From the NCBI GenBank assembly GCA_047495785.1, contig JBLDXI010000054.1:3534001-3598000 (forward strand): DNA of 64,000 nt, in the 5' to 3' direction. Below are positions 11,717-24,259 of the stretch, one piece after another (position 1 is the first letter of the stretch; each line of letters begins with the position of its first letter). Made by a program: the position numbers and the translations under genes. Below the pieces are notes generated by a model. It worked only from the letters and a program-made list of their open reading frames with translations. It had not been told where the DNA came from and did no database searches. The DNA comes from Lepidodermella squamata (lineage: Eukaryota; Animalia; Gastrotricha).

Positions 11717-12034
11717 TCAGAAGCCGCCTCTTGCCAACGCAAACCCCGTGTCTGGAATCATAATTTCAGTTTTTGAGTGGCGAAAAAGGCAGAAAACCAA
11801 AAAAAGAAGGACAGCGAGAACTGACGATATAACACACCCTGCGATGATGCCAAATCTGGTGAAGTTTATAATTTTATGAATAAAAAACAAGACGCGACTT
11901 GGCATTCCAGAAAATTAAAATGTTGGAAAGATCTGCGCATATTATGTGCGTCTGCTTTCTGAGATGCGATTTGCTGTTGTTGCCATTCATCACGATTCTG
12001 CCTGCGCAAATTCTGTCTTGGTGACATGATACAG
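11717..12034 (-). CDS. Possible 3' exons of an unknown single-pass membrane protein
   Basis: TM-like segment FGIIAGCVISSVLAVLLFLVFCLF followed by RHSK, preceded by acceptor CACCAG. A 43-nt candidate intron links it in frame to an upstream open stretch; 5' end not found. Confidence 0.3.
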
Positions 12035-13294
12035 CTAATAGTTAACATTCTTATTGCGATAACAGACATTTTTTCCCGTGATCAAAGTTCGCAGAGAACG
12101 AACTAAAGCTCGAGGAACACGCATCAAAGATGCGGAAACTCTCCGATTACCGAATTACCAGGGTTTGGAGATCAGTTTCCAGACAGAAGTTAAACTTCGT
12201 GACGGTAACATCTCCCAAGAAAAGATCGGAAAGCCGATAGGAATAGGTTCTTGCTGCCATATATGGATCGATAATTTAATATAGCTGACGATAGCAAAAC
12301 GGATTGGATCAGCTTGGTCACCCGCGCCGATTTGGGATCAGCTGACAGCTAATTAACCGATAATTTCCTAACAATATCCTGTCGCTATTTATAAAATCAC
12401 AGACACATTTTATACTCCACACTTTTTTGTACAACTTTACGGCTAATTTGCTTTGGAATAGGATTTCGACTCATTTTTCTTCATTTCGCGTGCCGACATT
12501 TGGGGTAAAAAAAGACCCCACGGGAATGAAATGACCCCTTGTTTTTTTCACATTTTTACACATTTCAGAGCGTCCTACTGATTACGATTTTGTAGGAAGC
12601 TCAATTGACCTTTTAGTTACCTGGCCATACCTGGATCACCTGGGGTCGCGCTTTTTTATTTTCCTCCGTCCTTTACGACGAACATGATGGAAGGAAAAAT
12701 TTCATCTGAACCTCATCCCTCGTGATTGGTTCTAGATAATTCAATATACAAGGGTCAATTTTACCTGCCTAAACTCACCTATAAATACTAACTTGCCGTG
12801 ACCTCATTTTGGGACATATAACTGGTAGGTAAATGGTATTTTACGCCTCAGTCACGCTTACAATGTTTATATCGGAACAAAGAACCGGTCTGCTGAGTCC
12901 AGTGCGCACTCTAGTCGGACATAATTTCGACACCTTTGGGCCCACGGCACACGCTCAAATTCCAGGACGGTATACGCGCTCAGGTTCCTTTTCCTGAAAC
13001 GCTCATGTCGCGCAAAATGTTGATATAAAGACCTCTCATTCATAAAGTGAAGCGTAAAAAACTTGGGTCGAGCGTACGCTGGCGCCACCGGTGGCTACCA
13101 GTACGCAGGGTTCAAGCTTGGCGGCATTGTTTCACGTGTATCATTGTTATATAAAAATCCCACTCATATTGCGTGGGTAAAATGTTTGTTGCCCCTACAA
13201 CAGAGAGCGTAAGGCCTTAATAAAATAGCAGCAGCGTTGTAATTTTTGTCTTTTATAATTCACAAAAATTGTTCTTGTTGAGCTTGAGTCATCC

Positions 13295-13681
13295 ATGGCT
13301 AGAATGCATAACCATCTCAACGGCCATGCGAAGCACATTGTGGCCGATCAGGAGCAGAATGAGATCACGTGGCGTGTTAACCTCAAGCGGCGGGGCCATA
13401 ACGAACCTGCCCGAAGCTGGCTGGACCCATCAGATACTGCCTTCCAACGGGCTTGGCACTCGTTCCAGGTCGAAACCGGCATTTGGATCATTTCGCCTTG
13501 GGAAAAAGTTATTTGTGGTAAATTTAGACGCGATTCATCAAAGCCAATAATATTATTGACTATTTTTCTTCGTTCAGTCATCGTGATTTTCGGCACGATT
13601 TTCCTTCTTGGCTATTACTCGGTCAAAGGCGTGCTTGATCTGTCGCATGCGCTGGTTTCGTCGGCTGTTAAATCATCATGA
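13295..13681 (+). CDS. sptssa: Serine palmitoyltransferase small subunit (SPTssA/B-like); intron 13518-13577
   Basis: AWHSFQVETGIWIISPWEKVIC|VIVIFGTIFLLGYYS resembles the ssSPT pattern (Y.L.T..YMLEPWER + TM helix); removing a 60-nt GT-AG intron joins motif and TM. Confidence 0.7.
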   Translation: MARMHNHLNGHAKHIVADQEQNEITWRVNLKRRGHNEPARSWLDPSDTAFQRAWHSFQVETGIWIISPWEKVICGKFRRDSSKPIILLTIFLRSVIVIFGTIFLLGYYSVKGVLDLSHALVSSAVKSS

Positions 13682-16600
13682 CACCCTGAAGTCGATTTTG
13701 CTCGATCATTTTAATTTCACTCAATTCAAAATAAATTATGCATTATTTATGCCTATATCGCAAAACTACAGCCAGTTGCTCAATTATCGATGGCGTGATA
13801 ATAATTCCAACATTAACGGCAGTAATAAGGATGGGGCGTCAAAACAGCAATGGCATACCAGCTAAACCACGATATATAAGTGTCCAGTGTCCAGTGTCCC
13901 GCATAAATTTGTTTTTCTGAAGCTTTGTATTTGGTTCAATTTTCAATGGTTCAATGAAGGCAATATTGAGTTGAAAATGACGAATGATTATCCGGCTCGA
14001 AGTCTTTGATTGCCCAGTTTTCAATACCTAGTTGACTTCAATTATTCGACACTGACTTGGCCAAAAATCGAACTTTGCCAACCCCCTGAATTTTCCCAAG
14101 CCTTGGATGAGCTTGAATTCGTGGCAGTTTCAACAAAAATCGAATAAAACACTTAAAATACAGATAATAGGAATAACGAGCTAACAGCCAAGTTTAGCGT
14201 TGAAGGAAAACCGGTTTTCTCGATAGACTCATAGCTCATTAGGGGGTTCGGAATCTAGTATAAAGGATGATGGTTAAATCGATTCTCCCTATAGGATTTG
14301 ACCATAGCTAGCAGATGGATGGCAATCCTCAACTAACCCTGTTGTCCAATCTTGAGGGCAAAATCGGCTCCGAGGTTCATTTCTTTCGGATAATATTCTA
14401 GTAACAGTTTCGGTTTTCGGATGCAATGAGGCATGTATCGGATAAAAAAGACATTGGCGGATGAACCCCTCGCCGAACCAAAGTGGCCAGTCGAATAATT
14501 ATCAATCATTCGATTTATCTATTTTCACGCGCCGAAATGTCTGCGTCATACAAAACTCAAGCATAATATCTAGGCGACTTGAAAAATCGTTAAAATAAAT
14601 TCAAATCGCAGCTTAGAAATGCATCGGTCTGAAAACAGCGAAACTGCAAGTTGGCAGGACAATCTGTTGCGGCGGAACAAGACTACGCCACCTGCTCAAA
14701 GATGGCTGCTGAAGCATTTGTACAGCTTTCAAATAGACAGCGCCGTCTACGTGCTTTCAGCTTGGGAAACTGGTGTAGTTTGTAAGTTATAACGAAACTC
14801 CTTCTTCGTATATTAGAAAATTTCGCATTTTTCTAGATTTCATAACTGCCGCAGTTTTGGCCTGGCTTGTCTACTTGGCGGCTTGGTGTTTCTCTTCAAT
14901 TTTTTGACGCCTCAGAATTTTTTCGCAGAAGAATTTCAATTAAAAATAAACTCATGGTGTCGCGAAATTCCCTTGTGTTCCGTAGAAAGATTGAGGAATT
15001 TTCAGTTGGTTATGTATTCCCTGCTGCTATCATGTATATGTATATCGAAAGAAAGGAGACTGATCATACTATAGGGGTATCGTAATGAGACCCCATGCCG
15101 TGAGAAAACTCACACCCTTAGCATATTTTATTCATATTAGCAAAACCTAGTTAACGCCGAATTCAACGAAACGCAAAAACATCGCCGAAAACTGACCAAG
15201 CCGGCGTAAAATCACGGAAATTATTATGAAATATTTGCAATTTTTTGCGTGTCACAAGTAAATATTTTCTTGTCCCCAGGTAAATATTGCTTCCTTTTTC
15301 ATCGATTCAAGACAATAGGTGAGAATTGCTATAAATACCTCAGTGCAAAGATAGGCCTTTTGTTTAATTTTTGCGTGTAAAATATATTCAATCTGGCCAT
15401 AAATAAAACGGGCCATATGCGCTATATTACCTCCCGCTCCGCCTCAAAATCGCGTAAATAACAATAGATACCATACCATATATGGCTTAAGCGTAAATTA
15501 TTCAACATGTTTGAAACTTTGCGAGCATCGTCGCTTCTACATCGTGCGATATATATAGTAGAAAATTGAAAAAAATTCAATATAACCACACCAGGTGGAC
15601 CATTGAAAAGTCGCGTGACTCTTTCGCTGAAATTAATCGAGCAATAGGCACCTGTAGCTTGTCATTCAACTTTTCGATTTTATTACACCTCATCATCACT
15701 AGCCGCTAAGTATTACAACGCGTTTCAGTAAAAATCTGGCCCAATGCTCATATTTGCGGGTACATAGCCGTCAGTTTTGGCAGGTATATGTATGAAAGCT
15801 AAAAACCGGGAAAAGCAAAGCGCAACTACGGTTGAAGCGCCACGCTAGAATAATTGCTGTAATAGCTGGCGAAAAATATCCAAGGTGTTATATATCACAC
15901 ATCATTTTGTAGAAATTAAAAACCGGTGCCATTGTAATAAGTAGCGCATTAACAGTTTTATCTGCCATTATTATAATATTAAAATTATTTTTGAACACAA
16001 TTTCTATTGTAAAAGTCTGATATCCTCTTTCTAATTAAAAAAAGCATCTTTTTTTACTAGAGAAATTGATATTTTGCTGTGTCTTTTCAATAGGGCTTTG
16101 TTATATGGAATTCCTTCCTGGTGTCTCATGAGTGAAGTCTTTATTTCAAGACATGAGACTGTTTTTCACTCTCCGTAGTTATTGTGAGAGCTAGAATCCT
16201 ATTTTTAGATGTTATTCCAACCACTTTCAGCGTTGAATTATTCCGATATAACAGGTGTAAGTTTCTCCGCGAATTACCTTTCACGATGAATTCGGTGCGT
16301 AGTAATATTTTTGTTTTTCTAAATTAATTTTCAACCCGCGTTGCGCGCGTCCTTTCGCGCCTCGCGCAACAACACGCATCTTGTTAACGGTGTTTCATCA
16401 ACGGAAGCTATAGGTATATGCCACCATATCACGAACTCTTCGCTCGCTATACTATAATATAACTCTTGTTATTTTTCCGTCGGCGACCGCCTTCTGCTTC
16501 GCCATTATTTTCGTTAGATTATTGCCCAAGCTATGATGTGATGTTGGTTTTATATAGGTATACACCTAGCCATCGCAGACAGGTAAATGGCGATGAGGAA

Positions 16601-16725
16601 TGCTTGTAATAATTTTTATTAAGGTAGTAGCTATAGGAGTGCACACGTTAGCACGCGAGTTAGACTCGACGTTTTTGACGCGCGATTATTATACCCACCA
16701 GCAGCAGGTATATTCGGGAACGCCT

Positions 16726-16744
16726 GTAGTAGTAGTAGTAGTAG
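16726..16744 (+). repeat. (GTA)n microsatellite
   Basis: gtagtagtagtagtagtag. Confidence 0.7.
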
Positions 16745-17567
16745 GTATAAGTATATGAAGTGTAATGCGACACAGAAATATAAGTGTCATGCTAACGATG
16801 ATGAGCTCGGTACACACTCACGTTCATTGACTCGCGACTATACAACTACACATTGGCACTGGCTGTGAAATTCCTACCTTTTACAGTGCCGTGTTAGATT
16901 GTTTATTATAATTATAATATGTTAAATACAACAAGACGCTCGTCGATAGCCATGCGATGAGATGGCACGATTTCAGCCACAAGAGGCGCAACCAACTCTC
17001 AATTTTTCGTGAAGCGTGTGCTTTGGTTAACCTACTATACACGAGTTAGAATTCGTCATCGCATGTGTTCAGATCTCTTTTGATGACGACAAACTACCCG
17101 GCTATTAACAGGTAGACACTCATAGAACTGAATGCTTTACTCATAACTAGGTAGAGGCATATTTCACGTATGAAACAACTTTTTCACCCCGTTCGCAGTT
17201 GTTACGTCAGGCTGGCCCTCAGGTGACCTCGCACTAGCCGGCTAAAATATCGGCACTACTTTTGTTGAAATTATATGCCCCGGAAGCATTCACAAGTTCG
17301 CAATATCATGCTGAACTGGCGCAAATAATTTTAGCGAATTTTCAAGCATCTCATACAAATTGTCCCGATTTTTCTATAATATAGAGGCTAATATTTTTTG
17401 TTATTGTTATTTTGTTATATGCCAATGTAAACATTATTTATATCACCTTGTAACACTTATAATGCGTCCATAATGACGTTTTAATTATACGAATAACTCA
17501 TTATCCTTGTAACTTGGATATATTTTTCCTTGCATCTCTAGGTGTTTTTGTAACTGTTTGAAAAAAA

Positions 17568-18332
17568 ATGGACGATGGAAGGCGGACAATGCTCAAAATT
17601 GTTTTAACGGGTGATTGCAAAGTTGGGAAAACGGCCTTAGCTCGCCGATACTCAGGCGAAGATTTCTCACCTACCTACCTGCCAACAATCAGCCCTAAAT
17701 ACTCTGTTAAAGAAGTTAAAACTCAAGGCCGACATGTTCTTCTACAGGTAAGAGTTGTTTCGCATTGAATTACCTAATTTTCGATTGATGGCTGCTCCTA
17801 GATTTGGGACATGTCTGGCCGCGAAGATTTTTTCGAATTTCTAGGCGTAAATTTCTTCCGTGATGCCGACTGCTGCGTTCTCGTCTATGATATAACCAAT
17901 AAATCATCTTTCGACTCCCTTAACAAATGGCTCAACGAATTTTTGATACAGGTTTGCCTTCATGCATTTCATCTTTTCTTCGATTTCAATGATTTTTATT
18001 TTCAGGCTAATTGTTTTAATATTTCGAATTTTCCTATCGTTGTTGTTGGGTCGAAGTCTGATCTTAGCGCGTCTCGGCAGGTGTCGCGTCAGCACGTCGA
18101 GCAGTGGTGCGCGGCGAAATGCAGCGCCGTTGGCCCGCTTCGAAATATCATCCACACGGAAATTTCGGCGAAAAATAACTCGGACGTAAAATCGCTCTTC
18201 TCAACTATCGCTAAACACTGCCTTATCATGGAAAGTGTTGGCCAGCCGACGTCGCCGACTAGTAATCACTCAACCGGGCAAAATATCAAGAAGAACCTTC
18301 AATTACTAGGCTGCTGTTGTAATTTGTTGTAG
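17568..18332 (+). CDS. Divergent Rab7/Rab9-like small GTPase (exons 17568-17747, 17802-17951, 18006-18332)
   Basis: KIVLTGDCKVGKT, YLPTI, LQ|IWDMSGRE, LGVNFFRDADCCVLVYDI (Rab7-like), FPIVVVGSKSD, EISAK, C-terminal CCCNLL prenylation motif; two 54-nt GT-AG introns. Confidence 0.88.
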
Positions 18333-18437
18333 ATTTTCTGTCATAAAAAAAGTTAGCCTTTTAAAAATAATAACCTCTTTAACACTTTCTTCTTCTTTAT
18401 ATATCATTTTTTTGGAAATTAAAAGCAACGAACGATT

Positions 18438-20954
18438 TTATCGGTGAGTAGTCGTTACGGTTAATGTTCGGCTAGCGTAGGTTGCTAAAGATGAGGAAAA
18501 TCCGGTGAATCTTCGTGATTCGCTGTTTCGCCCGAATCTGCTGCGTAAAACGGCCCAATTTGTGATTAAAATCGTAGAAATCGACGTGAGCAAAAGGATC
18601 AAGCAAACGGCGACTTGACCAGCTACATTTGCCGAATTTGTTATCAAATAAACGAAAATTATCGCGAAGAACAATACAACGTGATTCATCCCTGCCACGC
18701 AAATGTAACGAGCTTCGGCAATTTCAGCGACTAGCAAGCTCGATTTCAGGCTAAGAAGGTAACCAGCTCCAGGGATTAGTATGACAAGTTGAAGTAGGAC
18801 TAAGCCGAGAATCCAGTAGCTAACGAAATTACTCTCGCAAACGATGATTTGGGGGGTGACGTAGCTATCAGCCGACCAGTTGAAGTACCTTTTACCCTCA
18901 GGTGTGGTTAGATGGCTGCGAATAGGGTCGAGACACAGCCATACAATTAAGATGACGAAATTAGCGGCTAGTAGTCCAACCTTTGACGCTAGCACAAATT
19001 TGCTCTGCCACATTCTTTCGTGTAGATATTTCAGGTCGTTCTGCCTGTTTTGAACCGCCAATTGCTCCTGGTATCGACGATTCGCCGAGGCTAAACGTCT
19101 GCTTTCGTTGGGATTTTTCTTCCTCTGGGAACTTGCGAGTCGTTGCTCGCGGTGGACGCGGTGGAAGACGACGACTCGGAAGAATAAAACCCCGGTAATT
19201 AGCGAGCATCCCGTCGACCAAAATGCGTATCGAAGATAGCATGACACAGACCCCCAAACACTGGCCCAATTCTCAACCATACATACCGCGCTAAGGTTGA
19301 TCATCAAACATCCGATAGCTACTTGGATTTTGTTGATTTTCAACGACTTTTTAGCTTCGGGAGGCGGGGTTCTACCTCGAGGCTCTTCGCTGAGGCGGGC
19401 TATCGCAATATTGGGAACTGTTCGAAACGAAAACACTAAAACAACAACTTCAGCTATTTGAATTAGTATCGTGAGAGCTTCGATAACCCTCGACAGATAA
19501 CCTTTTCCTTCGTAGTCGAGGGTGAATTGCTCTCCAGGGCGGTCTTTAACAGGCATTTCCTGCCAGACGCATGCAGAACAAACTGTATCAATAACATAGC
19601 TGTTCAAATCTGACGTAGAAAGATTGCTAAATCGTGTAACTTTGCTGAAAAATTCGTAGGAAGACGTGGAATGCTGCCACCTTAAAACAGCCTGAGGCTC
19701 ATTGTCCATTTCCAGTCTCCTTGAGTATTGCTGCACTCCAGATCGGAGGCTGACGTATCTGATACCAGCAGCACTTGCGTTTACGTAACTAGCGATTAAT
19801 CTAGGCTGGGTTGTGTAGTTCGAAAGGGTTAGGTTGGCTTTATTCAACACCTTTTCCGCATTGTCTAGGGTTAAAATGGCCTGGAGCATGGCGTCATGGC
19901 ACGAGTGTTTCATCATCTGATCAGCTGATCGGGATGAACCGGTCATAGTATCGAAACGACGCTCGAATTCTTGCAAATCATAGCCTAGAGCTGTTTTCCC
20001 GTTATCATTCGGAGCGTTTTGAAATGCCCCAATCCAATAACTGATATTTAGCTGGTCTCTGATTGCTGCTACCGAACAACCAAGCGGTAAGGACGCGATG
20101 TCCGTAAATGGGTCGATAATTCCTCCGGTTTGGATGATAAAAGCGAATCTTGGCCCGGTTATGTTGAATAAGTAAGTCTGGCATAAGAAATCAATTATAA
20201 TTGACAGAGTTGTGGTCTGAAGAACTATGATTCGTAAATCACTTGCTTTCAGATCTGCCATAACGTCATCGCTTAGATCGATAAAGATCTTGCTAAATTC
20301 AACCTTTACTCCGGCATTTTCTGCGATGGTTTGGAAGTTCTTCGCATCTGTGTAGTCTCGAGCATTCGCTGCATATCCAAGAAGAGCAACACTTCCCCAT
20401 TTTCCAACTTGTTTTATGAACTTGACCATGGCGTAGAGGGTGAGAGCTGCAGGGACTTTAATCCGGTACAAATTAGGATAGCTGACCCGGTTTCCAGCGA
20501 CAGACGAGCCTAAACATCCCGAGCTAATCCCAATCATGTCGATGTGTTGGAAAAAAGTCGCGAGTTGCTTGCAACCGACTGATGATGATGGGGAAATTGT
20601 TATTGGAGATCTGATCTCGGCAGAGGTTGACACACCCGTCTCTCCTCGCGCGAATCTTATTGTTGAGCTGATAGCGTCTATTCCTTGAAAAGATTCGTCG
20701 GCGTATTCGATTCTTAGCTTGTAATTCGGTAGTATTTCAGGTGAATTGTTTGCAGCATCAACGGCGATTTGCATCGACGCTTGACATGAGCGGCCGTCGC
20801 GAAGCCCATTTCCTGTTCTCTGAATGAAAGCAAGTATCACCAAAGTGTCTCTAGGTTCCTTTAGAGCTTCGTTGAATGAATTGAAGAATAACAAGAAGAT
20901 CAAGCTGGAGTGGATAACTGGCTTGCCGACCTTATCATGATTGTAAGGTTGCAT
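18438..20954 (-). CDS. Class C GPCR, GABA-B receptor-like (Venus flytrap + 7TM), intronless, copy 1
   Basis: QIAVDAANNSPEILPNYKL and YPNLYRI flytrap motifs; seven hydrophobic segments including WLCLDP, IVCES and EARYI typical of the GABA-B-type 7TM. First ATG is at 20954 (the ORF-track start 20996 is TTG). Confidence 0.88.
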   Translation of the reverse strand: MQPYNHDKVGKPVIHSSLIFLLFFNSFNEALKEPRDTLVILAFIQRTGNGLRDGRSCQASMQIAVDAANNSPEILPNYKLRIEYADESFQGIDAISSTIRFARGETGVSTSAEIRSPITISPSSSVGCKQLATFFQHIDMIGISSGCLGSSVAGNRVSYPNLYRIKVPAALTLYAMVKFIKQVGKWGSVALLGYAANARDYTDAKNFQTIAENAGVKVEFSKIFIDLSDDVMADLKASDLRIIVLQTTTLSIIIDFLCQTYLFNITGPRFAFIIQTGGIIDPFTDIASLPLGCSVAAIRDQLNISYWIGAFQNAPNDNGKTALGYDLQEFERRFDTMTGSSRSADQMMKHSCHDAMLQAILTLDNAEKVLNKANLTLSNYTTQPRLIASYVNASAAGIRYVSLRSGVQQYSRRLEMDNEPQAVLRWQHSTSSYEFFSKVTRFSNLSTSDLNSYVIDTVCSACVWQEMPVKDRPGEQFTLDYEGKGYLSRVIEALTILIQIAEVVVLVFSFRTVPNIAIARLSEEPRGRTPPPEAKKSLKINKIQVAIGCLMINLSAVCMVENWASVWGSVSCYLRYAFWSTGCSLITGVLFFRVVVFHRVHREQRLASSQRKKNPNESRRLASANRRYQEQLAVQNRQNDLKYLHERMWQSKFVLASKVGLLAANFVILIVWLCLDPIRSHLTTPEGKRYFNWSADSYVTPQIIVCESNFVSYWILGLVLLQLVILIPGAGYLLSLKSSLLVAEIAEARYICVAGMNHVVLFFAIIFVYLITNSANVAGQVAVCLILLLTSISTILITNWAVLRSRFGRNSESRRFTGFSSSLATYASRTLTVTTTHR

Positions 20955-21766
20955 AGAAATGACAATGCAGCCAATTAAATTATCGAAAGATGCCAAATTG
21001 TCAAATGCTGTGCTCTTCGCGAATTATCTGTTCAATTAGGATGTATATTACTTGTCCTTCGAAGATGAGTCGATATACATCTGCATCGTGCATCCGGTGA
21101 AACGTTAGCTTACCCATTCCTTACAGTCATCAGCGCCTTTTACACCCCGCATCATATCCGCATGCAGTCACGTGGAAATTTGATCCTGGCAATACCTTGA
21201 CGAAGGGGTAAAAGTAAAAATGGGGCGTTTTTAGATGGGCGGATCTTACTTTGAAATCTACCCGTAATTCATTTGGAAAATTAAGCATTTATCCCTGCTT
21301 AAAATAACTTCCTGTTTCGTTCCACAGATGGGTGATTGAGTGCCTCCGCCATATAGGTACAAACTCTTTTAACGTACATTCAAGCTCTGATGTCAGATCG
21401 ATAAAACTAGACTTAGACACAATGTCGTTCACTATAGAAATTTCGAAAATCAGCCAAATATTATTGACACTGTAGAATTTGAGGTAGGACCAGGGGAGAG
21501 ACCCGAGGGTTCTCCGATGAGTTCATTGTTTACATTGCTTATGTTCACCTTGAAACTCACATAAACAAGCCAAAATCAGACTTTTTCGGCCGAACTATCG
21601 ATATTCGTCATCAGCTCATAGAGGGCTTTCGAATGACACCGAATTTGGCTGGGTTCAAGTTTACCTGTGTCCGAATTTAGGGACTCTCAACTGTCCGAAA
21701 TTAGAGCTGTTTCCTCTAAAGCTTCTCAAATTTTATTTTCGCTTGAAACTGGTGTGTACTTTAAAA

Positions 21767-24259
21767 TCACCGATTATTAACTGTCATCGTTGTTCTCGTT
21801 GTGTAATTTGTCGAAACTGAATAGAACTGAGTCGCCCTTCTCGCTGTTTCTGGCCGGCCGTAGCGCTTCCTCAGCGTTGACCAGTTCGTGATCAAACTCG
21901 ACGTAGCAGACAGCGCAAGTAACACCAGGCTAACAGTAACTTGGCCACCCATTGTCGACGGATTTGTGATGAGATAAATGAAAATGATCGCAAAAAATAA
22001 CACAACGTGATTAACACCGGCAACGCAAATGTAGCGTGCCTCTGATATTTCAGCAATCACCATGCTGTTCCTAAGGCTGAAAAGGTACCCGGTCCCAGGC
22101 AGAAGAACGACAAATTGAAGTAAGACGAGACCGAGAATCCAGTAGTTTTTAAACCGACTCTCACAGACTATCATTTGAGGCGTCACGTAACTATCATCAG
22201 ACCAATTGAAATATCGCCTGTCTTCAAGCGTTAACATATTACTCCGAATAGGATCAACGCATAGCCAAACGATTAAGAGGGTTATATTGGCAGTTATTAA
22301 CAGCGTTTTCCCTATGGCGACGAATTCACTTCGCCATATTTTGGTATGGATATAGGCTAAATCAGCTGTCCTGTTTTGAGCAGCTATTTGTTCTTGGTAC
22401 TTTTTTAGAGTAGACATTCTGCTACTAGTCGGCTTTTTCCTCCGTTCCGAACTTGCCATTCGTTGCTCGCGGTGGAGGCGATGAAAGATGACTACTCGAA
22501 AGACCACGACACCGGTGATAAATGACGATCCAGAGGACCAAAATGCGTATCGAAGGAAGCACGAGATCGTACCACCTAGGCCATACGCATTTTCAACCAT
22601 GCAAACCGCGCTGAGGTTCAGCAAGAGACATCCTATCCCAATTAAGACTCTGTTCAATTTCAGCGTCGCAATCGATTCAGGCGGAGGCGTGTTGCCGTTA
22701 TTAGCCGGTCTAATATTAGACGACGGCTCCAGGCTAATTCTTCGGAATTCTTTCCACATCAATGAGATAATGAAAATTTGAAATAACTGGGTTGCAATTG
22801 CTAAAATCTCAACAATTCTCGACCCGTAACTTTTTTCGTCAGATTCAAGTAAATAGTACTCATCAGGTCTCTCTTTTGGAGGGTTGCCATTGGCTGTGTT
22901 CCAAGAAATAATCCCTTCAGGCTGAATGAGGTAACTCCTCAAATCCACTGAGCTAAAATTGCTGAGGCGTGTCACTCGGCAGAAAAATTCGTAACTTGCC
23001 CGATCACGGTTCCACCTTAAAACAGCTTGAGGCTCATCGTCCATCTCCAATCTCGGCGAATATCGCTGTAGGCCTACCCGAAGACTGAGGTACCTAATCG
23101 CAGCAGCACTAGCATTCACCGCATTAGCTATCAGTTCCGGCTCATCTTTATAGTTGGATAAACTTTGATTCATTTGGAACAGAGCCTTCTCAGCGTTATG
23201 CAGCGTTAAAATTGATTGAAGCATTGCATCGTGACACTGATGCTTCATCATTTCATCAGCTGTTTGCGTAGATCCGATGATGGCATCCAGACGTCTCTCA
23301 AATTCAGGCAAGTCATATCCCAAAGCTGTATTTCCGTTGTTGTATTCAGCGAGCTGAAATTCCCCAACCCAATAGCTGATATTTAGCTGATCCTTGACTA
23401 TTTGCAACGTGCACTCTTCCGGCAAGTCTTCAATGTCGAAGAAGGGATCGATAATTCCAGAGCTTGGAAAGATAAAAGCGTACCAAGAGCCGAACATGCC
23501 CTGAAAATAAGCTTTGCAAAGGAAGTCGACTATCACGGAGCGACTTGTTGTTTGAACTACTACGATTCGTAAATCACTAGCTCGTAGGGATTCCATTAAA
23601 GCGGCGTTGACTTCGAGAAAAATTTGGCTATAGTTCACGTTAATTCCTTCAGCTTCAGCAAGTTCTTTGAAGCTTTTGGTGTCAGTGTAGTCCCTTACAT
23701 TACCCGCGTAACCAAGTAATGCGACCGTTCGCCATTTTCCAATAATTTTGATAAAATCCACTATGACGTAAATTGTTAGGGAGGATGGGGCTCGAATTCG
23801 GTACATATTAGGATATGCAACCCTGTTAGCCTCAACGCCGGACCCTACGCAACCAGGGCTGATTCCAACCATGTTCAAATGATGGGAAAACTGCGCCATG
23901 TGTCTGCAACCTAAAGATGAAGCTGGGGCGACCAACAAAGGGGATTTAATTCCTGGCAGCTGATTGTCGTTGTCTCCGCGACCAAATCGAACTGAGGTTT
24001 CGATAGCGTCAATTCCCATATGGGCTTCATCGATGAATTTAGGAACCAGGAGATGGTTGGGCAGAATATCTGTTGAATTATTAGCAGCGTCAATGGCAAT
24101 CTGCATCGAAGCTCGGCACGCCGTGCCATCGCGAAGACCATTGCCTTTTTGCTGAATAAACGCCAGGATTACGAGATTTGTCCCATTTTTAACAGCGGCG
24201 CTCAAATAGGGGAAACTATGAACCAACAGCAAGAATATAGCTGAACTTCGCAGATGCAT
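21767..24259 (-). CDS. Class C GPCR, GABA-B receptor-like, intronless, copy 2
   Basis: Signal peptide; QIAIDAANNSTDILPNH, YPNMYRI, 7TM with WLCVDP/IVCES/EARYICV; colinear paralog of 18438-20954. Confidence 0.9.
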   Translation of the reverse strand: MHLRSSAIFLLLVHSFPYLSAAVKNGTNLVILAFIQQKGNGLRDGTACRASMQIAIDAANNSTDILPNHLLVPKFIDEAHMGIDAIETSVRFGRGDNDNQLPGIKSPLLVAPASSLGCRHMAQFSHHLNMVGISPGCVGSGVEANRVAYPNMYRIRAPSSLTIYVIVDFIKIIGKWRTVALLGYAGNVRDYTDTKSFKELAEAEGINVNYSQIFLEVNAALMESLRASDLRIVVVQTTSRSVIVDFLCKAYFQGMFGSWYAFIFPSSGIIDPFFDIEDLPEECTLQIVKDQLNISYWVGEFQLAEYNNGNTALGYDLPEFERRLDAIIGSTQTADEMMKHQCHDAMLQSILTLHNAEKALFQMNQSLSNYKDEPELIANAVNASAAAIRYLSLRVGLQRYSPRLEMDDEPQAVLRWNRDRASYEFFCRVTRLSNFSSVDLRSYLIQPEGIISWNTANGNPPKERPDEYYLLESDEKSYGSRIVEILAIATQLFQIFIISLMWKEFRRISLEPSSNIRPANNGNTPPPESIATLKLNRVLIGIGCLLLNLSAVCMVENAYGLGGTISCFLRYAFWSSGSSFITGVVVFRVVIFHRLHREQRMASSERRKKPTSSRMSTLKKYQEQIAAQNRTADLAYIHTKIWRSEFVAIGKTLLITANITLLIVWLCVDPIRSNMLTLEDRRYFNWSDDSYVTPQMIVCESRFKNYWILGLVLLQFVVLLPGTGYLFSLRNSMVIAEISEARYICVAGVNHVVLFFAIIFIYLITNPSTMGGQVTVSLVLLALSATSSLITNWSTLRKRYGRPETARRATQFYSVSTNYTTRTTMTVNNR

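Noticed and set aside
12157-12170. Recurring ACCAGGG(T) motif (also ~393, ~55654, ~60792) as possible MITE ends
   Set aside because: Too short; no paired terminal inverted repeats or target-site duplications found.
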